Virus record (IMG/VR): IMGVR_UViG_3300037400_003880
Direction: 5' to 3' (one strand)
DNA from: a virus
Lineage: Duplodnaviria; Heunggongvirae; Uroviricota; Caudoviricetes
DNA length: 64,000 nucleotides
The position numbers and the translations under genes are program-made. Below, piece by piece: positions 22,851 through 33,077 of the stretch. The first letter of the stretch is position 1, and each line of letters begins with the position of its first letter. Below the pieces are notes generated by a model that saw nothing but the letters and a program-made list of their open reading frames with translations, did no database searches and was not told where the DNA came from.

Positions 22851-23872
22851 TGGGCGTTGCTGATATGAATATACCAAAGAATTAGACAATTTTTGATGCC
22901 ATGATTAAATGTGAGGTGATTCTTGACAAACATAATAAAATCATGGTAAGCATTAGTGGCGGCTCTGATTCTGATGTTATGTTAGATATGATTGAAAGAT
23001 GTAAGGCGCCGCACAATGAGATTGATTACGTATTCTTCGATACGGGAATTGAGTTTTAGGCAACCAAAGACCATATTAAATTTTTGGAAGAGAAGTATAA
23101 TATTACAATTAACAGAACCAAGCCCGTTAAATCTATTCCTAAATCTTGTAAAGACCACGGGCAACCATTCATGAACAAGACTGTTAGTGAAAATATCTCA
23201 AGGCTTCAGCGGCATAATTTCTAGTGGGAAGATGCACCATATGAAGAACTTATTAAGAAGTATCCAAAGTGTTAGTCTGCATTAAGTTGGTGGACGAATA
23301 ATTGGGGCGAGAAAAGTTCTTTCAATATTGAGCGTAGGAAGTGGCTTAAGGAATTTATGGTTGCAAATCCGCCGCAGTTCCTTATTTCTCAAAAGTGCTG
23401 TCAATATGCAAAGAAAGAGCTTGCAAAACAGTGGAAGAAGGAACACGCTTGTGACCTTAGTTGTATTGGAATGAGACAAGCTGAAGGCGGGCAAAGAGCT
23501 ATGAGATATAAGAGCTGCTTTACGCAGGGCGGCGCGGGCACTATTGATGAGTTCAGACCTATCTTTTGGCTTAGTGATAAAGATAAGGAAGAGTATATTG
23601 AATTTTTTAAGGTACAATTAAGTGATTGCTATACTAAGTATGGTCTTAGAAGAACTGGCTGCTCTGGCTGTCCTTTTGCTTTAGGCTGGAGAGCAGAACT
23701 TGCTGCGGTTGAAACTTTTGAGCCAAAGCTTGCAAATGGTATTAAGCATATTTTTGCAGACAGTTATGCTTACTTAGATAAGTATGAAAAGTTCTGTGAG
23801 GAAATGGACAAGAAGTATGATGGAATTTCTTATGCTGAATTTAGAAGAAGGCAGAAGGAGGAAGGCAAGTAA
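22850..23872 (+). CDS. PAPS-reductase-family PP-loop ATP pyrophosphatase (340 aa, 4 TAG)
   Basis: PP-loop SGGSDS in the N-terminal part, which is reached only by reading through TAG codons. Continues into track ORF 23357-23872. Confidence 0.7.
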
Positions 23873-24390
23873 TGTTGAAGAATGCGAAGATTTATGAGGA
23901 AGAGATTAAAGTTGCAATGAGAGAGTATTGGTATGATTTGCGCCATCAGTATGTTTGTGGATGGTGCGGCTGCCAAGATTTTAACGTTGGAGAGAGTAAT
24001 TATGAAGCCCATACCTTTGCAAGTATTGACCCCGAAACTGGTAAGCTTCTTGGTGCTATTGGTTATAACGTAGACTGGGCTTCGAAGTCTGCATCAGGTT
24101 TCTTTGCAGAGACTCTCGTTGATGGCGGCTCCGTCATTTTTGCCCAAGATATTCTTCAAGTGATTGATGATATTTTTAGGAAGTATCATTTCAATAGAAT
24201 TGATTGGAATTGTTGGAGTGATAATCCTACTATTAGAAGTTATCGTAAACTTTGTAAGAGATTCGGCGGACGAGAGGTTGGAACCTTGAAAAAGAAAGGT
24301 CGTCTAATTGACGGTTTTCTCCATGATAGTACAATTTTTGAACTTCTGTCAGAAGACTATTTATCTCATGTGGAGGAGAATAATGAATAA
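23872..24390 (+). CDS. hypothetical protein
   Basis: Track ORF. Start overlaps the upstream stop. Confidence 0.5.
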   Translation: MLKNAKIYEEEIKVAMREYWYDLRHQYVCGWCGCQDFNVGESNYEAHTFASIDPETGKLLGAIGYNVDWASKSASGFFAETLVDGGSVIFAQDILQVIDDIFRKYHFNRIDWNCWSDNPTIRSYRKLCKRFGGREVGTLKKKGRLIDGFLHDSTIFELLSEDYLSHVEENNE

Positions 24391-24826
24391 CTTTGAAAGG
24401 ATTACTGAACTGAAGAAGCAGTTAAAAGAAATAAGCGAAGAAGGAATGAGGAAAACTCAACTGCAAATTAATATACAGCAGGAGCTTAATCGTTTACAGA
24501 GAGATAGACTAACGCCACTGGTTGGGAAATTTTTTGCTTCTAAAGCCAGATATTTTATGGTAACTGATGTACCGCAAGAGATTCTTACTATGTATGGAAC
24601 TCATTTGAATAGCCATCAAATCCCTATCTATTCTCTTTGCGTTGACGAATCTGACGGAGATTATGGCGAACTGGGAGAAGAAACACTTCATTCTAATTGC
24701 ATCGAACAGGATGATATTTTTGCGGCTTTTATCGCGGAAGGGAACACTGAAATTACAAAAGAAGAGTTTCTTAATAAAGTAATGAGTGTCGTTAACGACG
24801 TTGCTGATAAGGGGAAGAAAGAATGA
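24383..24826 (+). CDS. hypothetical coiled-coil/acidic protein
   Basis: GGAGGAG ribosome-binding site, then ATG at 24383 (MNNFERITELKK). Confidence 0.5.
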   Translation: MNNFERITELKKQLKEISEEGMRKTQLQINIQQELNRLQRDRLTPLVGKFFASKARYFMVTDVPQEILTMYGTHLNSHQIPIYSLCVDESDGDYGELGEETLHSNCIEQDDIFAAFIAEGNTEITKEEFLNKVMSVVNDVADKGKKE

Positions 24827-26400
24827 GTGCGATTGTTGTAAATTTGTTTGGCGCGGCAGGTTGTGGAAAATGCTTCACAAAAGGAACTAAAGTTCTTATG
24901 TGGAATGGTGAAGTAAAAAATATTGAAGATATTTATGTTGGAGATTGGGTCATGGGAGATGACTCTAAACCAAGAGAGGTATTGGAATTACACAGAGGTA
25001 GAGCGCCGCTTTATTTATTAAAAAGAAGTTTTTCTAAAGATATTATTGTAAGTGCTAACCATATTCTATCTTTAATGAATTATCACAGGGATGGATCTTG
25101 GTCTTATGAAGATATTTCTATAGAAGATTTTCTTAATAAAAGTCTTAATTATCAGCGCAATTCAAGATTGTATAAGACATCTGTATCTTTTTCTACAGAA
25201 GCTGAAAGGAATAATCTTAAAATTGATCCGTATTACTTAGGCTATTGGCTTGGAGACGGCTTATCAGATACGATAAATCGTTTTTGTACCGCGGATGAAG
25301 AGATTATTGACTATTGTCGAGAATATGGAAGGAGAATTGGGTTGTCTCTTAAACAACATTCTTACAACGACGGGAAGTGTCAAACTTATTGTCTATCGGA
25401 GGGAAATATTGGCAATCACTCTTTCCATCCATTAAAAGGAAATATTTACAATCTTCGAAATAATAAGCATATACCAACAGAATATAAAACAACAACTTTG
25501 GAAAATAGACTTGCGCTTATTGCTGGTTTAATTGATTCTGATGGTTCTCTTAATAATACATCTTATGACTGGATAAATAAAAATAAGACTTTAGCTTTTG
25601 ATTTTTATCAGCTTGTTAATAGCTGTGGTTTAAGAGCTACAATAAGAGAATGCACAAAAAGTTGTGGAGATTTTTCTGGAACTTATTATCGAGTTAACAT
25701 AACTGGAGATTTAAAAATGATTCCAGTAAAAATAAAACGAAAAATTTGTTTGAATACTATACAGGATCCATCGAAAGTTTTAAGAGAAAGCTTTAAGGTA
25801 ATTCCCATTGGAGAAGGGGAGTATTATGGTTTTACTACTGATGGAAATCATCGTTTTGTATTAGATGACTGTACAGTAGTCCATAATTCAACTGCCGCGG
25901 CATATGTATTCTCTCAATTAAAAATGAGAGGAGTTAATTGTGAACTGGTTACTGAGTATGCGAAAGATTGTACTTGGGAAAATAGAGAGATGGTATTAAA
26001 TTGTCAAGAATATATTTTTGGAAAACAGTCTTATAGGTTAAAGCGATGCGCCGATAAGGTGGATGTAATTATTACTGACAGCCCTCTTCCTATAGGATTA
26101 TTTTACAATACTGATCCCGCATTGGATGATAATTTTAAGAATGTTGTTATGAATATTTATAATAAGTATTGTAACGTGAATTATCTTTTGACAAGAGTTG
26201 TGCCATATGACCCAGTTGGTAGGAATCAGACTCAAGAAGAAGCAGATATGATTGGGGATAAGATTCAAGATTTTCTTGATGATAATGATATTCCTTATGT
26301 TCATGGGATAGGGGATATTGATTTTTATAATCTTATCGTTAATCAAATTGTTTCAATATTAAAGCTTATAGAGGAAGAGGAAGAGGAGGCGAAAGAATGA
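24823..26400 (+). CDS. P-loop nucleotide kinase (dNMP-kinase-like) interrupted by an intein
   Basis: The Walker A motif GAAGCGK-[intein]-STAAAYV is split exactly at the K/S junction. The exteins together give about 186 aa with VIITDSP. Confidence 0.75.
   Translation: MSAIVVNLFGAAGCGKCFTKGTKVLMWNGEVKNIEDIYVGDWVMGDDSKPREVLELHRGRAPLYLLKRSFSKDIIVSANHILSLMNYHRDGSWSYEDISIEDFLNKSLNYQRNSRLYKTSVSFSTEAERNNLKIDPYYLGYWLGDGLSDTINRFCTADEEIIDYCREYGRRIGLSLKQHSYNDGKCQTYCLSEGNIGNHSFHPLKGNIYNLRNNKHIPTEYKTTTLENRLALIAGLIDSDGSLNNTSYDWINKNKTLAFDFYQLVNSCGLRATIRECTKSCGDFSGTYYRVNITGDLKMIPVKIKRKICLNTIQDPSKVLRESFKVIPIGEGEYYGFTTDGNHRFVLDDCTVVHNSTAAAYVFSQLKMRGVNCELVTEYAKDCTWENREMVLNCQEYIFGKQSYRLKRCADKVDVIITDSPLPIGLFYNTDPALDDNFKNVVMNIYNKYCNVNYLLTRVVPYDPVGRNQTQEEADMIGDKIQDFLDDNDIPYVHGIGDIDFYNLIVNQIVSILKLIEEEEEEAKE
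24871..25887 (+). mobile_element. intein (339 aa) with a LAGLIDADG homing endonuclease domain
   Basis: Begins with Cys1 (CFTKGTKVLMWNGE, Hint block A) and ends VVHN, followed by Ser+1. Two LAGLIDADG motifs are present (YLGYWLGDGL and LIAGLIDSDGSL). Confidence 0.8.
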
Positions 26401-27491
26401 GTTTTCCTGTAATGATTATCGTAGCAGTTATTATAGGCGGTTTAGCAGGAGCATTAGTTTATTTTATTACTAACAGACAGTCTGCAAAGAAGTTACCAAG
26501 AATTAACTTTAATGAGGCACAAGAAAAAGCAGTCCAAGGACTACAAAAAAAGAAGGACGCTTATGAAAAAGAGATGACTTAGGAAGCTCGATAGGAAGTC
26601 GCAGACTTTCTTAATAAGCTGAATGCAGAAAAGTGTAAGTTGTCAGATGAACTTACGGAATCTATCTGTGACCTTGAGGAGAAAAAACATTAGAATGAAA
26701 TGGCTTTAAAGCAGGCTGAACACGACTATTAGGAAAATGTTAAAGCCATGTAGAAGATTTGGCAAGAGTAGGAGAGCGCGGCGTATGAACGTAGGCGTGC
26801 AGATAATGAAAAAGTAATAGAATAGTTTGAAGCAGAAAAGAATGCCGAACTTGAGAAATTAAAGGTTAGTTATGGGCATAAAGAAAAGGGGCTGACTGAA
26901 GATTTTTTAGCATATAGCGCCGAGGTATCTATGAAAAGGGAGGCATTGACTAAGGAAATTGAAGCCTATGAAGCTCAACAGCGTGCCATAATAGAACGCT
27001 TTAAGAAAGATGAAGAGACAAGACAGTAGGTGGATTTTTATAGAATGATTTTATCAGAAAATGAAATTTTTGATATTAAAAAAATAAGAAGTATTGCTGA
27101 AGATTTACATAATCCTATTATTTTATATAAATTAATCTGGGAGAATTTTTATAAAAATAAATTTTCTGAATTAGTGGGAAGAGTTGCCGGAGATAAAAAA
27201 TGTGGAATTTATAAGATTACGAATCTTAAAAATTAGAAAAGTTATATTGGGCAGACTAGGTAGTCTTTTAAAGAGAGGTGGCGCACTCATGTAAAAAGAG
27301 GACTTAGAGCAGAGCCAACAACAAATAATAAATTATATTCATCTATGTGGGAAGACGGTGTGGAAAATTTTACTTTTGAAATAATTTGTTAGTGTTCTCC
27401 AGAGGAACTGAATGAACAAGAAAAACGCTATATTGCTTTTTATAATGCTTTGGAGTGGGGATATAATTCGACAGGGGGAAATACAAAATGA
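26397..27491 (+). CDS. membrane-anchored coiled-coil protein with C-terminal GIY-YIG nuclease domain (364 aa, about 12 in-frame TAG); could be two genes
   Basis: An N-terminal transmembrane helix is followed by a Q/E-rich coiled coil read through TAGs. The C-terminus GIYKITNLKNQKSYIGQT...RxxxH...E is a GIY-YIG motif. A GTG at 27030 or ATG at 27045 could start a separate GIY-YIG ORF. Confidence 0.5.
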
Positions 27492-27493
27492 TA

Positions 27494-28538
27494 ATGAGCA
27501 TTTATAATTAGAAAGAGCCTGTATCGGGTATCTATAAAATTGATAAAACCCGACTTGCAAACGATTGGTGTCTTGTACTATTGCCCATTAAAAGGCACGT
27601 ATTTTCGCAATTGCTCCAATACGAGCGAACGAAACACAAAATATTGAAAATGTTCAATCGTATGATTTGGGTGCAAATTATCGCAGAAACGTGTAACTTT
27701 TACCAACCAACTGCAAGTCGGGATTTAAATTGATTTTCCCAATGGAAAAAGCTATATTGGACAAAGCAACGATATTATTCGTAGAATAAGAGAGCATAAT
27801 TGTTCAAATAATAATTATCCAATTTCTCGTGCAATAAAAAAATATGGTAAAATTATTACATTTGATTTATTGGAACAAATATAGCCTGATCAAAAAGATT
27901 TAATGAATGAGCGAGAAAAATTTTATATAGAATATTATCATACAACAATTAAAGAAAAAGGTTATAATATCTCTTTGGGCGGCGGAGGCTATAAGAGAGA
28001 GATTCCTGATAAAATAATAGAGTTACAAAAAGATATTATAAACTCAAGTTATACATTTAAAGAATTAAGTGAGAGATATGGAATAGATATTTCTACAATA
28101 TCAAAGATAAATAATGGAAAAACATATTTTAATGATGCTCTTACTTATCCTCTTAGAAGTGAAAAGAAATATCACTCTCAAGTTTTGAGTGAAAATGAAA
28201 TAAATAAAGTTCGTTTTGAACTAAAAAATAATTATAAAAAAAGTATGTCAGAAATTAGTGAAGAATATCATACTAATATATCAATTATATAGAGAATTAA
28301 TAAGGGTATATCTCCTTATAAAAATTCAGATTATGTTTATCCAATAAGAAGTAAAAATAAAAATTTTTGTAAATTTACTTTAACTGAAGTATTAGAAATT
28401 ATATCTTTATTAAAAAATACAAATTTAACTTAGATAGAAATAGCTAAAAAGTTTAATTGCAACAGGAAGATAATAGGACAGATAAACTCTGGACAAAAAT
28501 ATTATATTGAAGAAGTAGAGTATCCAATTAGAAAATGA
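27494..28538 (+). pseudogene. GIY-YIG homing endonuclease (I-TevI/Seg-like) interrupted by a 190 bp insertion after the GIY motif
   Basis: Exon-like part 1 (27494-27547) encodes ..SGIYKIDK. Part 2 (from 27735, a different frame) encodes FPNGKSYIGQSNDIIRRIREH..KYG..GYNISLGGGG plus a C-terminal HTH repeat region. The frames are reconciled only if about 187-190 nt are removed. Confidence 0.6.
27545..27734 (+). mobile_element. MITE-like insertion (about 190 bp) with about 15 bp terminal inverted repeats and an 8 bp direct repeat
   Basis: Terminal inverted repeats AAAACCCGACTTGCA and TGCAAGTCGGGATTT. Flanking direct repeat AAATTGAT at 27537-44 and 27727-34. The element sits inside the GIY-YIG coding sequence. 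Confidence 0.55.
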
Positions 28539-28636
28539 CTTATATTAGTAGATATAGGATACAATATGAAAACTGGGTGATATAATGGAAATCATTGTAG
28601 CTTTATTAATTGGTGCAACGATCATGTTAAAGATTG

Positions 28637-28668
28637 TCAACTACTTATTAAGTAGTTGACTTTTTTCT
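28637..28668 (+). terminator. terminator hairpin (CAACTACTTATTAAGTAGTTG) overlapping the -35 TTGACT
   Basis: 10 bp stem followed by a T-rich tract. Confidence 0.55.
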
Positions 28669-28684
28669 TATTTTTTGATATAAT
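28656..28684 (+). promoter_or_regulatory. conserved promoter
   Basis: TTGACTTTTTT..TTGATATAAT. Confidence 0.55.
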
Positions 28685-28840
28685 ATAAGAGTAATAAGTA
28701 ATAATACCATTTTAATTATCTCATAAAGGAGTGAAAATAATGGGAGTCATCATATTATTCATTATATTATATTATGGAAGTAGGTTGCTTTGGAATATAA
28801 TAGCATCTATATTCTTTAAGTAATAAGAAAGGAGAATAAA

Positions 28841-29113
28841 ATGGGAACAAAGAAAGTTATTATTTGGGGAAAAGAAGAGGCAGGTTTTGACAATGATGAA
28901 TTAGGAGAAGCTGGAGATTGGGCTGAACATCATATGATTAACTGCCCACAGATGAAACATTCAGGAATCGCTTACAATATTTTGACTAAAAAAAGTGAGG
29001 GCGGCGGTTATGTTGGCATTACTAAAATTGCTGAATGCCGCGCCTGTCATGTAAAGTATATCCTTTCTCAATATTTCATTGATGCTGAAACTGGTAAGTA
29101 TGTAAAAGATTAA
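28841..29113 (+). CDS. hypothetical Cys/His protein
   Basis: AGGAGAA ribosome-binding site. Track ORF. Confidence 0.5.
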   Translation: MGTKKVIIWGKEEAGFDNDELGEAGDWAEHHMINCPQMKHSGIAYNILTKKSEGGGYVGITKIAECRACHVKYILSQYFIDAETGKYVKD

Positions 29114-29126
29114 GGAGGAATTATAA

Positions 29127-29384
29127 ATGAGAAACAGAATTTATTTAACTGGTGAAAAGGATTGTATCGCTTTTTGCAATAGAATTAACGAATGCCGCGG
29201 GCGCGTTGAACTGGTCGATGGGACTGGGCGTTATCGTGTAAATGCCAAGTCTATTCTTGGATGCCTGCTTGCGTCTGGAGAGTGGGGCGGTGAGATTTGG
29301 CTCGAATCTGAAACTGATATTTATTCATTAGTTGACGAATGGATTGCTGATACCGCAGATGATAATGTAAGCGTTCATAATTGA
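29127..29384 (+). CDS. HPr-like phosphocarrier-fold protein (tentative)
   Basis: RVNAKSILGCLLASGEWGGEIWLESETD resembles the HPr core (KSIMGVMSLG...I). Confidence 0.4.
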   Translation: MRNRIYLTGEKDCIAFCNRINECRGRVELVDGTGRYRVNAKSILGCLLASGEWGGEIWLESETDIYSLVDEWIADTADDNVSVHN

Positions 29385-29395
29385 GGTGAATTTTA

Positions 29396-30187
29396 ATGGT
29401 TTATATGGGCGGGAAATCAAAGACTGCTGATAGCATTTGCCCGATAATTAACAAATATATTAAGGAAAATAATATAGAAAATTTTTACGATATTTTTTGT
29501 GGTGGGGCTAATATTTCTACGCATATAGTATGTGATAATATTTATGCTACAGATTTATCTCCCACTTTAATAGCATTGCTTAATGCTGCATAGATTGACT
29601 TTGATGGTTTACTTGGAAATTTACCCTCTACAAGAGAATAGTGGGACAGGTGTTATGAAGAATATAAAGAACTTCAAGCTGTAAATTTCAATTTTATAGA
29701 AAGAGTTCCTCGGATTCCTTTGTATGAAATTGGTTCAATCGAGTGGCTCGCAAGTTTTTCTGGTCGAGGCTTTCCCGGTGGTTATGGAGTGAAAAGCACT
29801 GGAAGGAATCTTTTTGAGGAAAGAAAAGCTAACTTAAAAAAATAGAGCAATACTGGTTCTTTTAAAAGAATTAATTTTAATGTTAGTGACTACCGTGATT
29901 TAAAAATTAAAAAGCCAAATAGTTTAATTTATGCAGATGCTCCTTATAAGGGAACAAAAAAGTATGGCATAAATAACAAAAATAATGCTTTTGATTATGA
30001 AGAATATTATAACTGGTTAAGGGAAATGGCAAAAACTTTTCCAATTTTTATTAGTGAAGAGACTATGCCGGATGACTTTATTGAAGTATGGCACAAACCA
30101 GTGAAAAGAAGTTTAGACGCTAATAATGATACTCGTAAAATTGCAACGGAAAAGTTGTTTTTTATTGATAGGAGGAATAATGGCTAA
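29396..30187 (+). CDS. dam: DNA adenine methyltransferase (Dam/D12 class; 264 aa, 3 TAG)
   Basis: Motif I FYDIFCGGANIS. Motif IV LIYADAPY is reached after read-through of TAG. Confidence 0.7.
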
Positions 30188-30905
30188 TAGACTTTTCGTT
30201 ACCGGCGATTGTCATGGAGATGTTGATTGGCACAAGCTAACCATGTCGGCTTTTCCAGAACAAAAAAATCTTGACAAAGAAGACGTTGTTGTAATTATGG
30301 GCGATGCTGGAATCTGCTGGGATGGTGGAAAGTTTGATGCTTACTGTCAGAAATGGCATGAAGGAAAGAATTATACTACTCTTGCAGTAGCAGGGAATCA
30401 TGAAAATTATGATGTAATTAGCCGTCTCCCTATTGTAGAGAAATGGAGCGGCAAGGTTTATCAAGTTACTCCTCATGTATTTTATACTGTTACGGGAGAG
30501 GTCTATAATATTTGTGGATATAATTGCATTGCAATTAATGGAGCAGATTCTCATGATAGGGATAGTCGTAAAGAGGGAAGAGATTGGTGGGCAGCGGAAC
30601 GGATTAAGCCAGATGATATTTTAAAGGCTATGAATAATGTTAGCGAACTTTATTACCGTGGAGAAGGCCTTGATTTTGTTTTCTCTCATACTGCCGGTGC
30701 GGCAAATACCAGACTAATTAATCCTGACTTTATTCCAACTGACTCTGATAGACTTCTTGATTATTTGCTTTATGGAGCAGAATTTAAGATGCATTACTTT
30801 GGGCATATGCACGTTGACATGAGAGTTCTTGACAGAAGTCACTGTCTTTATAATAAGGTTTATGAGATTATAGATGGGAAGGAAAGATTATGCAGGAGCT
30901 ATTAA
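30180..30905 (+). CDS. calcineurin-like metallophosphoesterase (Ser/Thr phosphatase-like)
   Basis: GDCHGD, MGDAG, GNHENY and GHMH motifs. Confidence 0.75.
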   Translation: MANRLFVTGDCHGDVDWHKLTMSAFPEQKNLDKEDVVVIMGDAGICWDGGKFDAYCQKWHEGKNYTTLAVAGNHENYDVISRLPIVEKWSGKVYQVTPHVFYTVTGEVYNICGYNCIAINGADSHDRDSRKEGRDWWAAERIKPDDILKAMNNVSELYYRGEGLDFVFSHTAGAANTRLINPDFIPTDSDRLLDYLLYGAEFKMHYFGHMHVDMRVLDRSHCLYNKVYEIIDGKERLCRSY

Positions 30906-31465
30906 AATTAGAAGAAAGGCTTCGGTTCCAAATTTCCGAAGACCTTTATCCTCTTTTAGATACTGTGGTCGACTATGACTTGGTATATTTTAGGTACAAG
31001 ATTCTGGTTTTGAAGAGAGGTACTGGTAAGATATGGTTTAAGTTTATTATTGATCCTTTTGATTACAAAGGGGTTCTTGAGCAGATTAGAAAGATTGCAG
31101 AAGTAATAAATGAAAGGGCGGATGATTTCTTGAATGATAAGGTAACACCTCTTATTACTTCATGTTCTTATTTGGGCGTTTCTATATTAGATCCCAAAGA
31201 AGGAAGAGTAGTAGTAAATGGAAAAGAAATAAAACCGGAGCCGGGTGACATCATCACTTATAGAGGCAAGGGCGTTTATATGTGGAATGGAGATTGCTGG
31301 TATCAGTATAAAATAGATGATACTCCAAAAATTGAGATTACCACTTCAGCACCATACTCTTATTCCGAGAGAATTCCCAAGCCGATGAAGTGTGAGTGTT
31401 GCGGCGCCATTATGGAGAATCCATATCAGTGTGACTATTGCGGGACGAAGTACTTCGTCAATTAA
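30890..31465 (+). CDS. hypothetical protein with C-terminal CxxC..CxxC zinc ribbon
   Basis: Track ORF. Confidence 0.5.
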   Translation: MQELLKLEERLRFQISEDLYPLLDTVVDYDLVYFRYKILVLKRGTGKIWFKFIIDPFDYKGVLEQIRKIAEVINERADDFLNDKVTPLITSCSYLGVSILDPKEGRVVVNGKEIKPEPGDIITYRGKGVYMWNGDCWYQYKIDDTPKIEITTSAPYSYSERIPKPMKCECCGAIMENPYQCDYCGTKYFVN

Positions 31466-31469
31466 AGAT

Positions 31470-31498
31470 TTGACTTTTTATCTAAAAAATAGTATAAT
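31470..31498 (+). promoter_or_regulatory. conserved promoter
   Basis: TTGACTTTTTA..AGTATAAT. Confidence 0.55.
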
Positions 31499-31529
31499 TA
31501 TATTAACAAATTTGAAGGAGGAAAACTAA

Positions 31530-32474
31530 ATGAGTTTTTTTGTAAGTAAGGAAGGCAATATCAGAGTAGGAAGAATTATCACAACATCAGTTATTGGGCT
31601 TACGGCTGTTGTTTCTCTTTTTGCAAGTTTTTCAACAGTCCCCGTTGGTTCAACTGGCGTAGTGGTAACTCTTGGACAAACCCAGTCTATGACTCTGGGC
31701 GAGGGATTCCACATTAAGGCTCCTTATATTACCCATATCGTATCTATGGATAATCGTATTCAGAAGCAGGAGGTCAGCGCGGCAGCAACATCTAAGGATT
31801 TGCAGGCTGTCAGCACTACAATTGATGTGAACTTCCATCTTTCACCGGGGAATTCCAACTCGATGTATCAGACTATTGGACAGAATTATTCAGAGATTCT
31901 GCTTGCTCCGGCAATTCAGGAGAGCGTAAAGAATGTTATGGCACAGTATTCTGCCGAACAGCTTATTACCCAGCGTTCTACTGTAAGCGTAAGTATTCGA
32001 GAAGAGCTTGAAAATCGAATGACTGAATATGGTGTAATTATTGACGAGTTCAATATTACTAACTTCCAGTTCTCCGCAGAATTCGATGCCGCTATCGAAG
32101 CAAAGCAGGTAGCAGAGCAGAACAAGTTGAAGGCTCAGACCGAGAAGGAGCAGAGAATTATCGAAGCTGAAGCAGCAGCTCGTGAAAAGGAAGTTGCAGC
32201 AGAAGCAGAAGCTAATGCTACTCTTGCAAAGGCAAATGCAGAGGCTGAAGCAATTCGTGTGAAGGCAGAGGCTGAAGCTGAAGCTAACCAGAAGCTTAAT
32301 CAGAGTTTGACCAGCGGCATCCTTGACTATCAGGCAATCCAGCGTTGGAATGGTGAGTATCCTACTGTAATGGGTGGGGAGAATACTCTGACCATGATTG
32401 ATGTTGGTAAGAATGATGCGCCGGCAGTTGTACAGGCTCCGACTGAAGCTGCAACTGAAAAGGCAGCAGAGTAA
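31530..32474 (+). CDS. SPFH/band-7 (prohibitin/HflKC-like) membrane protein
   Basis: N-terminal transmembrane helix, a band-7 core, and a C-terminal Ala/Glu-rich coiled coil (AEAEAIRVKAEAEAEAN). Confidence 0.8.
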   Translation: MSFFVSKEGNIRVGRIITTSVIGLTAVVSLFASFSTVPVGSTGVVVTLGQTQSMTLGEGFHIKAPYITHIVSMDNRIQKQEVSAAATSKDLQAVSTTIDVNFHLSPGNSNSMYQTIGQNYSEILLAPAIQESVKNVMAQYSAEQLITQRSTVSVSIREELENRMTEYGVIIDEFNITNFQFSAEFDAAIEAKQVAEQNKLKAQTEKEQRIIEAEAAAREKEVAAEAEANATLAKANAEAEAIRVKAEAEAEANQKLNQSLTSGILDYQAIQRWNGEYPTVMGGENTLTMIDVGKNDAPAVVQAPTEAATEKAAE

Positions 32475-32662
32475 TGCACGTTTGGTATTTTATTTACTAT
32501 TCAATAAAAGAACCAGAAAAAGTTGGATAGTATTATATTGAGAATCCAGAGGATATTTCTTTTTCATATACAGCCTTTCTTTCGGATTTTTGTGCTAAAA
32601 ATCATGTGGAAAGGACAGATGTCCTTTCTCAAATTAGAAAGGTATCTTGAAATAAAATTGCG

Positions 32663-32693
32663 CCGCAGCCTATCCATCATAGGCTGCGGTTTA
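32663..32693 (+). terminator. rho-independent terminator (CCGCAGCC..GGCTGCGG plus TTTATTT)
   Basis: 8 bp GC stem followed by a T-tract, immediately before a conserved promoter. Confidence 0.65.
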
Positions 32694-32694
32694 T

Positions 32695-32723
32695 TTGACT
32701 TTTTTGAGAAATTATGGTATAAT
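32695..32723 (+). promoter_or_regulatory. conserved promoter
   Basis: TTGACTTTTTT..TGGTATAAT. Confidence 0.55.
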
Positions 32724-32749
32724 TATAATAGAATTGAAGGAAGGAAAGA

Positions 32750-33076
32750 ATGAAAATCGAAAGACTTTCTGGCTCGCATGATATGTGTGGCGGATATAAC
32801 TATTTTTATAAGGTAGAGTTTGATACACAAAATCCAACAATCGCTGAAGCCTTAAAGGAGATTTCTTCTTGGCGAGAAACTCAACCTCATAGAGATTTCG
32901 GGTGCGCCTATGGGACTTATGTAAATGACAAAATTGTTGAATCAACTTGGCATGAACCTGAATGGATGAAAAAATATCTTGGAGATAGAGATAATGAGAG
33001 GGTTTCTGAAGTGAAGGCAAATGGTGGATGGTGCTGTGGAATTAATATATACTTATACACAGAAGGGGAGAGGTAA
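32750..33076 (+). CDS. hypothetical protein
   Basis: Track ORF. Confidence 0.5.
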   Translation: MKIERLSGSHDMCGGYNYFYKVEFDTQNPTIAEALKEISSWRETQPHRDFGCAYGTYVNDKIVESTWHEPEWMKKYLGDRDNERVSEVKANGGWCCGINIYLYTEGER

Positions 33077-33077
33077 A

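Noticed and set aside
27548-27734. Group I self-splicing intron in the GIY-YIG gene
   Set aside because: The insert is only about 187 nt, ends without a terminal G, and is bounded by inverted repeats plus a direct repeat typical of transposition. Splicing cannot be excluded without RT-PCR.
28585-28824. Tiny ORFs 28585-28659 (24 aa) and 28741-28824 (27 aa, good ribosome-binding site)
   Set aside because: Too short to support. The second could be a real hydrophobic peptide but was left unannotated.
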